The position numbers were made by a program, and so were the translations under genes. A stretch of DNA of 62,192 bases, the filler included, from Choristocarpus tenellus KU-1152 (Eukaryota > Protista > Phaeophyceae): NCBI GenBank assembly GCA_964200185.2. It is 9 parts of 9 records of this genome, joined end to end, with 100 filler letters (N's around TTAATTAATTAA, not from the genome) between each part and the next. Parts side by side here need not be neighbours in the genome. Positions count along the whole stretch, not along the records: positions 49,728 to 52,680 come from CAXNAD020023405.1; positions 52,781 to 55,472 come from CAXNAD020025608.1; positions 55,573 to 58,908 come from CAXNAD020020729.1; positions 59,009 to 62,192 come from CAXNAD020021702.1; 5 more parts are not named here. The stretch is one strand, 5' to 3'. Position 1 is the first letter of the stretch, and each line of letters opens with the position of its first letter. This document shows positions 51,919 through 62,192 of this stretch, piece after piece. Below the pieces are notes generated by a model. The model worked only from the letters and a program-made list of their open reading frames with translations. It had not been told where the DNA came from and did no database searches.

Positions 51919-52021
51919 ACACGACAGTTACACAACAGTTACACGACAGTTGCACGACAGTTACACAACAGTTACACGACAGTTGCACAACAGTTGCACG
52001 ACAGTTACACAACAGTTACAC
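51919..52021. repeat. 11-bp minisatellite (RcacRacagtt) x9
   Basis: Head-to-tail units acacgacagtt/acacaacagtt/gcacgacagtt/gcacaacagtt with no spacers. Confidence 0.92.
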
Positions 52022-52879
52022 CAGAAGTGGAGAATACAAGTCAAGGGACACAACACTAACACTTAACACTCCCGCAGAATCCCAAAAGAGATCGTTCACG
52101 AGGAGGAGTCCACGATGACCCGGAACAAACCCAACCATAAAATAGAGCCAGTTTTCCAAACACAGCAATGTTCTGGTACTCGACAACAGTGCCTTAGGTA
52201 TGGTATCTAACTAACATACCTAAAACCAGATGTACCTAGGGCTCCCCACACAGCACCAGACAGACGTGAAAGGTCTAGTCCAAACATTGACCCCAGTTGC
52301 TCTAATTACGCCAAAAGGCCTTGTCCTCGACTCATACGGCGTGCGGTGGTTTCAGTTCAGTTCAGACCATGGACTGGTCAAAAGCAAAAGGTCCAGCCCT
52401 GGAACACTGCTGCTCCTTAATCACCATTCTCACTTTAGTTACAGAGGTAGAAAACACTTACCGTGGCATGAATAACTAGCGACTGCCAGAACAAGGGATA
52501 ATAGAACAAAACAAAAATAATAACACTAACGCACGTCTCACACACAATCCACCACAACATTCATACCACAAAATACAATCAACAAACATCTCAATCCCCT
52601 CAAATCCTCCCTCCCCCCCCCCCCCCCCCCCCCCCCCGCCCCCCCCCTCCCCCCCCCCCCCCCCCCACACCCCCCATCCCNNNNNNNNNNNNNNNNNNNN
52701 NNNNNNNNNNNNNNNNNNNNNNNNTTAATTAATTAANNNNNNNNNNNNNNNNNNNNNNNNNNNNNNNNNNNNNNNNNNNNCCAAAAATTGCGACAAAATA
52801 AATTGACCCCAAATGGACAGCCCCTACCCCCTCCCTGATACTTTGAGCCTTTTCTCTTCCACGTGTTTATGGTCCCAGC

Positions 52880-54090
52880 GGCTAGAGTGCTTCCAGGCTC
52901 CCCGAAGTTAACTCCTCCTTTCTTTCTGGTGGAGGCTTCGTTACTGATTGTACCATATTCCATGTCTGCTTAGCCTCCAACTTCCCAATTGTGTCGAAGG
53001 TGGAGGTCCACTTTGTTGGGACGACAATGATGATACTATTGCCCGTTTCAGCTTCCTGTAGCTTGTATCGGGTCATGTAATGAACTGCACGGGGATCATG
53101 TCCTCCGCACGTCCTCTGTTGAGCTGCATTGAAGATCTCGTCCTCCGCGCGGACACATCTGCGCAAATACCTGCTGCATGCTGTCCCTGATGCCAATGAT
53201 CAGAGCTCCTTTCTTGGCATGATCTTGGCTGCCTCCAGCTGCTCGTACTCTTGTCCAGATACGATCGAGACCAATGACCAAATCTGCAGTGTCCTCTACT
53301 GACGAGCAGTACATGTCGAACAATTTCATCCCTGGAGCTATGAGCTGCATGGGCCGCTGACTCACAGCGCACCCTCAATAGATCTGCTCAAATTCGAGAC
53401 AGGCTGCCCTACTGTCGGGGCTGCCTCCTCTCGTACGTGTTGACCGTACAAGCTGACCACCATAGCTGCAGCACCCCTCGAGGCCTGGCCCAGCAGGAAT
53501 CACCAGGCTTCGCGATGCCTGGCGTATTCATCATATGCACAGCGTTCCTCGAATGATGTATCAGCTGTGGGAGGTGCAGGAATGCGGTATTCTGGTTGTA
53601 GGATGCAGTACAGTCTCTTGCCACCCCCATAGCTCACCAGCGCCATCCGCCATTCTGCACACTTCTCCCTTGTATGCCCCCGCGCTCCAATCCATAGTGG
53701 CAGCATACGGGGGTCCGCTTACATACCAATGAGGCTCATATCCTATGCAAAAGAGAGCTACTCTGATAGAGTTTTTTGCTTTATGTGGTATGGATTTGTT
53801 TATTAGCGGAGTCAGCACTATCCTCAAGGTGGGGGGTGGTGCTCTCCCTTGTTATCTAATTCGTTCGTCATCAAACACGTCAGAAAAATGTTTCAACATG
53901 TTTGTGATAGTTACACTACGTCAGTCACTTATATGTTCAAGTTACAGTACGTCAGTTGCTTATAAGTCAAGTTACATTACTTTATTCACTTTTATACTAT
54001 AAACAATATAGACTACTAGTCTATATTGCACACTTTCTGCATACTCCAATCAAACCAATAATTTGAATAATCGTTGTGAGATATCCAACG
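52880..54090 (-). mobile_element. Copia-type LTR retrotransposon remnant: putative 5' LTR ~54090-53746, PBS 53743-53733, frameshifted gag-like region
   Basis: The minus strand reads ...ttttgCA-ta-GGATATGAGCC, one mismatch to the GGTTATGAGCC half-tRNA-iMet PBS. Gag-like peptides follow (GVLQLW; EDTADLVIGLDRIWTRVRAAGG..KKGALIIGI). The putative LTR begins with degenerate (c)gttggatat. Confidence 0.6.
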
Positions 54091-54199
54091 TATTTGAAGA
54101 TGTTTCTATTAAGATTGCCTCTATATGAGCTTCGTCTACACTCCACAGGCTTGTGGATTGGAGCTATCTATCTCGTCATGGTAAGCTTGTGGAGCATTT

Positions 54200-54620
54200 T
54201 GTATAAATACCACCTCAATAACGCAATCTCAAAGCTCTATCTCATCCTGCGGTGCCTTCTTTCTCACCTCCTTCGCAACTTTTTATTCCAAACACAGATC
54301 TTCTGACTCTATGGCATCCTCGATGACAGTCTTCCCATCGTCATGGGGTTAATTGTCTTTCCTAGAACACCTCCAGGAGGTTTTCTCCTGGTTTCGATTT
54401 CTTCCACATCGTCTAACCAACAACTGAGCGTAATACTTTCATACTCTCACCGCAATTGTAAGGGAAGAGCACCATTGGTCTAAGATTGGCACATACATTC
54501 TCCCAAGCCTTAACTACTCCACCATAGGTGAATTTCCACACCTTTTGGGGCGAAGCACCTGATAGAAAGGGGTTCAACATGTACAAAGAAAGAGAAGTGG
54601 TCAAAAACAGGATTCAGGGC
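54200..54620 (-). pseudogene. Decayed Myb/SANT-like transposon accessory gene fragment
   Basis: Peptide pieces NPFLSG..GGVVKAWENVCANL..LFP resemble Harbinger-associated Myb/SANT-like proteins. Multiple frameshifts. Confidence 0.3.
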
Positions 54621-55057
54621 GCTAGTCTATGCAATGTACTATCTCCCAAATGACTTTTTGTTGCACAATAGTCAGGGATGATCCTGAATCGAGAGCCAAG
54701 ATTCACTACACACTGCACTACTTCGAATACTATCACTGACTGACTGCTGCACCATGACAAAGTGTACTTCCTTCTGGGTTCAGCACTCCCATCACCTGTC
54801 GCTCCTTCTCCTTCCTTGAATCTTCTGGTGGGCCCGCCCGATCGTTTTCTCCACGTTAGTCTTGGTCTTGAATTTTGTGGTGTAGTACAAGCGGTTCTGC
54901 TTGCCATATATGGAATAGCATAATCGAAACCAGAGTTTCGTGAAAAGAAGTCTGGCGTCGGAAGGATTCGAACTCTCCAAATTCATATAGATATCCCCCT
55001 AAATTCACTACGTGTCGTTTCAACAGAATCGTTTGACATAAAAAGGAAACAATAAAT

Positions 55058-55136
55058 CGGTCCCGGTGAGGATTAAATTAAACTCACGACCTCTCGATTA
55101 ACAGTCGAACGCTCTAACCAGCTGAGCTACGGCACC
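55058..55136 (-). tRNA. tRNA-Asn(GTT), probable pseudogene
   Basis: GGTGCCGTAGCTCAGCTGGTTAGAGCGTTCGACTGTTAATCGAGAGGTCGTGAGTTTAATTTAATCCTCACCGGGACCG. D arm and anticodon arm are intact. The T loop is 12 nt with no TTC, the acceptor stem has a G4:G69 mismatch, and a T-run follows downstream. Confidence 0.85.
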
Positions 55137-55572
55137 AATTAACATGATATCGGAGCAAATTTGTTAAACATTTAGATCTTTGAACCCAGTCAAAATTGTA
55201 AGTTTGAACAAGAAATGGGCAACTCCCAAAGGATTTCTGAATTGGACAAAAAAAAGGACAGAAGATCTCTATATCCAAGATAACGCTGCAATCCTCTGAT
55301 GACGTACAACAGTGAGCCAGGCCATAATATCCTTGAGATAGAGAAATGTGTATGGAGTAAGGGGGGTGAGGTAGGATGTGATATAATTCCTCTGAGATTG
55401 GTGATTTAGCATTAATAGTGAGCCAAAGTATCTTAGAGGGTAGGGCCTCGTCCATTCGGGGTCAAAATCCAANNNNNNNNNNNNNNNNNNNNNNNNNNNN
55501 NNNNNNNNNNNNNNNNTTAATTAATTAANNNNNNNNNNNNNNNNNNNNNNNNNNNNNNNNNNNNNNNNNNNN

Positions 55573-55820
55573 ATATTCATATGACATTTGTTCTTGCATG
55601 TTGAAGGTAACATCTGCTTGAAGTAAGATTGGGTGGTTTGGAGTGACCTTACCAACACCCCCCTCTTTCAGTTACCACCTGAACACTCTTTTCCTGAGTG
55701 ACCTTCTGAGGGATTGCTCTCCCTTTTTGATTTGTCTCTCTTTGATCTTGCCTCCTGTGGGTCTTCCCACTCCCCTTCAATACGAAGAACCCCCTGTCGG
55801 CTTGTTTCCATCTGTTTCAC
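55573..55820 (-). repeat. Dispersed repeat, copy B
   Basis: Reverse-complement match to 27735-27983. Confidence 0.85.
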
Positions 55821-58800
55821 ACTAGTAGTTTTATTTATGTTTTGTAAAGTGTTGAAAAATAGACAATGTTGTAACTGTTGCAGACACTTCTTCAGAGCCC
55901 AATGTGCCCGATTGAAAATGAAATAATCCGCCTAAGAAATTCCGTTATTTGTTGATGGCAATTAATCGAATCCAGTCAATTGCTGTCGATGCCAGTCCAC
56001 AACACTACATTTATTTTTCGATTACGTAGGTTCTTAGTGTCGACGGAGTTGGGTACCCGTTATCAAAAATTCTGGACGAAATACAACTCAGTGGTTGGTG
56101 ATTCAAAGGCCTTTTTTATAGTAGCAACCCATGACTCTGTTACGCCCGTGTTCGTATTTTCTTCCTTGTACGTCACTTCCTGTCTCCACTACCCCAAATG
56201 ACAACATCTGCACAATGTCAGTGGGCATCAAAACAATAAAACGCTCCAATTAAGGTGCATCAGAATCTAACATAGTATACTTTCACATCGTCCAAAGCGG
56301 AGAAGCCCTGTCTTCTTTGCTCTCTTCCAGTCTACTAAGAATGCCGTTTCCCACCTAACATAGTTCATGGTGCATGCAACAGCCCTTCAGTGCTCAGAAA
56401 CCCACTGGATGGACTGGGCCCAATAAATCTATTTGCAGAGCAGCATATAACGGAGAGTGGTCTTACTATAGTGATATGGAAGGCTCATAGAGTACAGCAT
56501 AATATACCCAGCGAGGGTGGGAAAATGTTTCAATCGTTGACAACTGACTTCATCCAAGACTGTGTAGCTCTAGTCTGAAACAATACGTACGCATCCCAAA
56601 CTAACAGTACATTCGATTGCTCTTTCATTGCCTCCCTGCTATCACCATTTGCAAGCGACTGTCCACAGAAGAGTGAAATTGCCCTCCAGGGGTAAGAAGC
56701 TCATGTACAAGAAGGCAACCACAGGAACAGCGGCCCAAAATACTCAGTGACACGTCCCATTGATATAGCAACGTAGTACGGATCATCACGTATAATGGAT
56801 AGATCAATTGTGCGGTCACACACACTTCAAGATTCACTTTCCAGAGACCTTTGCCGCTTACACGTAACACTGCTTGTCATTCGGTAAAATACAACTTGTA
56901 AATGTATCTTGATCATGCCATCAAGATTCAATAGTTCATTGAAAAGAGCCTAATCAACACCCAGGCCTCCTGACTACAATAAATTTCAAGAGAGCCTTTT
57001 GTTGGAACACAGGCATGGCCAACGACCCCTCCCCCTGAAAGAAAAGCACACCTCTCACATGCCAATCACACACAGAACAAAAAAAAAAACTTAACCTCCA
57101 TGAGAGAGTTTTCCTTTCCCACTTGGAGTTGAGTTAGCTATGTTGATGTCCACCTCCTCCAGGAAACATAGTCAAGGTAATTTCTTTTTACCCAAGAGGT
57201 TACAATCAAAAACCCCTTTGTGAAGGTTGACGATCAATCCTAGGGCATAAAGACTGCTACAAAGATCCTCCATCTTGTCCTCCAGGGTGCTTCATATGTG
57301 CTTGGCATTAAGAGGACTGAAGGTTTTGTAGTAGCACACATGCATATCCTCAATTGCACATAATTTCTCCGTTTGTCTCGAGAGCATTTGAACATCACCA
57401 TGTTTACTTCTTGCCTCAGGCTAGAGCAGAGTAAAAAGAGCATGTCGAAAGGATCCATCAGAGTGCGAATCTGTGAGGGATCTTGGAGAGAACAGTGCTT
57501 TGCCCATCTTAGCAGCATACCACTATTACCATCAGGTTTGTGTACAAGCCCTGTGCATTTCTAACAAAAGTGGTCCACTTTCTCACCTTCAACTATCATA
57601 GTAGTAGTGATATTTACCGACTGGAGATGATGCCAACAATAGCCAAGCCAATAATGATCCGATCATTGTCATCACGGTGAGGTCAGTTTCTGGATGGATA
57701 CAACCAGTTTCCAATGCAATTCTATCAAGCCGATAAGAACAGCATACTTGGCTGAAGCAATAAAATTATCAACATTTTGGAAGAAAGGTCAAAAACTGCT
57801 GCTTCTGCCTCTCTGTCTGTGGTGTTGATCTGTTGTGCCGTGTTACTACTAGCAGGATGTGAAGAGTGCGTATTTATGAAGTAAGAAATAGAGGTACAAT
57901 ATCTTTGTTGTGGAGGTACAAAATGACACATCAACAACAACAAGGATCGATGTTTTGTATTATCACCAAGGAATGTAGTGGGAAGGGGGCAGTGGTAAGT
58001 AGCAGTGGTAGAGTGTAATATCCAGCACTATACATACATTCTCAGTACTGCGTAACACACACACACACACAAAGCACAGTGATGAACATGACAATATTAC
58101 TCTACACCTCTTACAATAACCAAGAATATAGTACACCAACACTCAACGATTCGGGAACACTGGGGCAATTCCCCTTGTACAGCAAGCAGAACAGGGAGAC
58201 AACAGCGGCAGAAGCATGTAAAAAAAAAAAACAAGTGCGAGTCCAAAGCACCAGTAAACACGTTTTTGTTCATCTTATTTGCCATCATTCCCATATCATG
58301 CGAGATAATTACAGTAAGGAGAGCTGTGATACGGTGGGGAGGGGGGTGGGTAGCTGACCAAGGAGCACTACCTAAACACCTGAATGTTGTCCCTTTTGAT
58401 GGTCAACTTAAAAGCAACAACCGTTGTTCTTATATGTTTGTGAGGTGTCCCCTTGGACCCCCTCTCATGCCTGTAATAACAGGCACACCCTCTGGGTGAC
58501 CGAGGTCACCCCTTGCATCCCCAACAGCAGAATCCACAGCTGAACAGTTGGTGCAAGACAGTCTTAGCCTTCAAGGACAAGGAGAGTGGCAGACACGGGA
58601 CAGGGGATTAGGCACAATGAAGCCTAGTTGATACACGATACAATATACACACACTTGCACCATAAGTGGGTGTTACTGTAGTTGCAGATTCTAAGAAATT
58701 GGAAGGCACCAATTGGAAATTCCCAGAATTCTATTTTCCTGTCTGTTCAGCGGCAGGTATTCTTGTGCTTGTGGTGTCCATTCTAGCTGCACATCTTGAG

Positions 58801-60271
58801 GGCTATTGTTGAGTACAAATACTGAAGTCCTTGACACTGATAGGGGTTGCAATTGCAAGAAAAAGGCAAAAATGGTGATCAAGTGTGTGTGTGTGGGGGG
58901 GGGGGTGGNNNNNNNNNNNNNNNNNNNNNNNNNNNNNNNNNNNNNNNNNNNNTTAATTAATTAANNNNNNNNNNNNNNNNNNNNNNNNNNNNNNNNNNNN
59001 NNNNNNNNGCTCCAGCCCGTGTTCCATTCCCCCCTCCCCCCTCCCCCCGCGCGCACCCCCCCCACCCGCGGAGGGAGACGGGGGGGGGGGGGGGGGGGGG
59101 GGGGACAACAAGGGGGTGAAATGGTAACATTGGTGCAGAGGTCAGGGAGGCGTACAACCGAACAAGGGGTAAAACAACACATAGCGAACATTGTCTATCT
59201 TCTTGAAGCACACCACACAATAGGACATGGGCCAGGACAATAGATACATATCATTCATTTCTTCTACTACCACTGCACCATTGCCTAGAAGAGGTTATAG
59301 TGAGCTTATCCACAGTGTGTGGGGTGGATGTTCTGGAAGGCGGTGTTGTTTTGTGCCCTTTGCTGGAACTTTGTTCAGTTCATCCTCTGTAGTGGGTGCA
59401 TATATATGCACATACATATATATGAATTGATATACTTTTTCCAGGTCACTTGAGTTTTGCTGTTGAAAATGTAAGGGCACTTCCACTTCTAGTGCTTTTT
59501 CTGCTTGAACTCTTTTGGAGGTGCCATTGGTACAAAACATTGCTTAACGCCTTCCATGTACTCTTACTGCCATCAGAATCATTTGGGGTGAAATGCCTGT
59601 TGACCCGGGTGACCCCTTGGGATGACTTGGTGTATTTTCTTAATGGTCGATGGTTAGAGTCAGTATCACTTTGGTTTGATCTCTAACATCTGTTGTCTAG
59701 CAAACACTATCTTTTTGAGCATATTTAAATGATATTGTAAGTTGAGCGAGTGGTTTGTAGTGTACATGATGCTATGGTGTTGGGTTGTGTAATTTGAGTG
59801 TTGACTGGTCCAACCTTAACCCCTCTCTTGACATCAATCTCACGATGATGCAAGGGTGATGGCTTCACTCACTGATACCACACACAACCCCATTCTCAGC
59901 CAAGGGGATCATGTATACGCACAATGCTTGACAATGTACTCATTTTCAATTCAATTACAATGTCCATAAACGCCTTTTACTTGTTCTCCCCTAGAGAACA
60001 GCACAAGGACCAGGCTACGGTTGAGGTATCAAAAAAGTGTGCAAAAAATCGAAAAGAGGAAGGCGTTACCCTCAAAATTTTAAGAAGACACAGGAGTGAC
60101 TGCTCGTTCACTAGATTGACTGATGTTCATCCATATATACAAATAGCTCTAATGGTGCAGCAAAGGGTAACGGATAGCACTTATACCAACAAAACCTACA
60201 CTACTACTGCAATTACTACTTACTATAGTGAGCATTAGAGCATAACTGTTACATGTCACATTGTATCTCAC

Positions 60272-60356
60272 CTCCACCACCTTAACAATAGAGCCGGTCT
60301 CTAGCATACCAATATCCATGGAGCAAGAGTCGGCCTCCTCTCGGATCTTTAGAGGA
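60272..60356 (-). CDS. Isolated internal exon, SH3b-like motif (PLKIREEADSCSMDIGMLETGSIVKVVE), gene unresolved
   Basis: tttcag acceptor and GAG|gtgaga donor. Pattern LxIR...S..IG.L..G..V.V.E. A second candidate exon ends at 62040 (..DFMSAMG|gtgag). Confidence 0.5.
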
Positions 60357-60559
60357 CTGAAATGCAAATAAACACAGACGCGGAGACAGACACAAAGGAT
60401 ATACAATAATGATATACAATAATGTTGTTAGGACTTTGCAATCAAGTTGCTGGTGCATGCCCCAACAAATCGTACACACTCCAGAAAAAGACTGTTTTTA
60501 GGGGGATTAATCAACAAACTCAAACAAAGATAACATAGATGTATACGTCAGTGTCTTTC

Positions 60560-60593
<34 letters not shown>

Positions 60594-62192
60594 GGGGGTG
60601 GGGGGAGCAGCAAGGAGGGTGGGTAGCTTGCTCACAAAAAAGGCTCTATCAAAACGTATTATGGTTGAGATCTAACCAATCAGATCAAGTATAAATTCAG
60701 CACATACAAAAGCATACAAAGGAATACAGCAACACAGGTTCTGTTCCCAGACTAATCTCCTTCCCTCTTCCTTTCCACAAGAACTCTCTCAATAGCGTGA
60801 AACAACACAACCACAACCACAACCACCATCAACCATTCCATTGCCCTTGTTGTTCCCCAACAGGAGTTTGCGCCCACTTGACTACCCCCTAAACAAAATT
60901 CACCTGCAGTACACACCATGCATACAAACCACCTACAGACACCCCAAAGGGCAGTCAAACAAGAATGGGGCCAACCAAGCGAACAGGCACTAACAAGGGG
61001 GCTCTGTTCTTTGAAACACTCAACACACATACATACATATCTTCAATTTTTTTCTGTGTGGGTCTAGCCAGAACAAAACGCACCAACTACAGAAGAGAGG
61101 CGCAACAACAGGCAGTATAGTGCAAAAAAATAATTACCATGGGCATCCACATCCCAAGACACCTAAAACAGATTGATCCATACTCAATCACTATAGCCAG
61201 CTGCCCCCTTCCTTCCCAAGCCCTTTCCAGTCACTATCAAGCTCCTGTCATAGACCACCTTTCCTCAAGAGCTAAGGAGGGCTTTGTCAGAGATAAGAAC
61301 AATATGACCTACAGAGACGCCCCATTGCACAGCATTCACCTCAAGGTGACATCATCATACACATCATCCACCTCTCTCATTCTCCACAACTTTGCATTCT
61401 TTCCTCAACCAAGGGAAGGGGGGGAGGGAAGGGGGGCAGTACACAACGGGATACTTTCAATCCGATTCCTCATCATTCTTCCATTTTCAAGAGTCTCCGT
61501 TCTACATCTCACCCACAATGTACCCTAACACCCGGAAGAAAAAGACTTCCATCTCATTCAACCATTACCTCTACATATTCTTGCCCTCCGTACAACTCCA
61601 GCCCACAACTTCAACAGCTTTCAACACAACTGACATCATAAATGTGTTCATAGAATCAGAAAGGCCATCCAAAAGTATAAAAGTATATATATATATATTC
61701 TCCTAAAGTAGGTTCGTCAAACAGTCCAGAGTCTAACATATTAGTACTGAATTAAGGTTAAAATGTTTACCTACCATAATGGTCCTGCATTCCATCTTCC
61801 CTCCCCACAGACCCAAGCCTCATCACCCCATCAACCAAACAACTGACAACTTCATATCCTCTTCCTCATGGCACTAGGGCAACCATTAGAGCAACTATAT
61901 TGTTTAACTTTGATCTCTCCCTAATCACATGAGGAGAATCATCAAGCCACCCAAGCCACCCAACATCTGACCTCTCCTGCCCAATCTCACTACGGAAAAC
62001 ATCTAGTCAACCAAGAACTCAATACTATCACCGTCTCACCCCATAGCACTCATGAAGTCACCCACTTCCACTCCCACCACTCCTCCACCCCCTCCCCTGA
62101 TTGGTCGGTCTCCAGCCTCGCCCTCAGCAAGTACGCCTTCCCCATCCCCAGATACACCATTGCTCTTGATTGGTCTATCCCCAACCTCCTCC

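Noticed and set aside
51919-52021. Possible CRISPR-like array
   Set aside because: The units are contiguous 11-mers with no unique spacers and no cas genes, in a eukaryotic intron.
6257-59008. Recurrent TTAATTAATTAA motif as a biological repeat or recombination site
   Set aside because: Always centred in identical N runs, so it is a six-frame-stop assembly linker. Gene neighbourhoods across it (e.g. LINE-flotillin-Sec24) cannot be trusted.
56200-59700. Short ORFs suggesting genes or transposases
   Set aside because: No motif could be recognised and the frames are repeatedly interrupted.

Overview
Eukaryotic, intron-rich genomic DNA, most likely from a brown alga or close stramenopile relative. 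This is an inference from the gene families, intron style, RTE LINEs, TTAGGG-type repeats and a bipartite plastid-targeting leader. The window is nine contigs joined by eight artificial 100-nt spacers (N44-TTAATTAATTAA-N44), so adjacency across spacers is not guaranteed. Hand-spliced gene models: an animal/fungal-type GGPP synthase (7 exons, -); an ankyrin-repeat protein needing a GC-AG intron (+); a partial orphan gene (-); SPEF1/CLAMP (+); a Tim13-like small Tim that has lost its outer cysteine pair (-); an intronless low-complexity protein with a FAM104/VCF-like C-terminal helix (+); a probably plastid-targeted thioredoxin-like [2Fe-2S] ferredoxin-TPR protein (-); the 3' part of a flotillin (+); and three internal Sec24 exons (-). 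Also present are a tRNA-Asn pseudogene, a decayed RTE LINE preceded by a highly paired, pseudoknot-capable leader, a Copia LTR/PBS/gag remnant, foldback/MITE-like elements and simple repeats. I found no CRISPR array or operon-like system. The best leads are the single-disulfide small Tim, the candidate p97-cofactor-like ORF head-to-head with it, and the structured RTE leader RNA.
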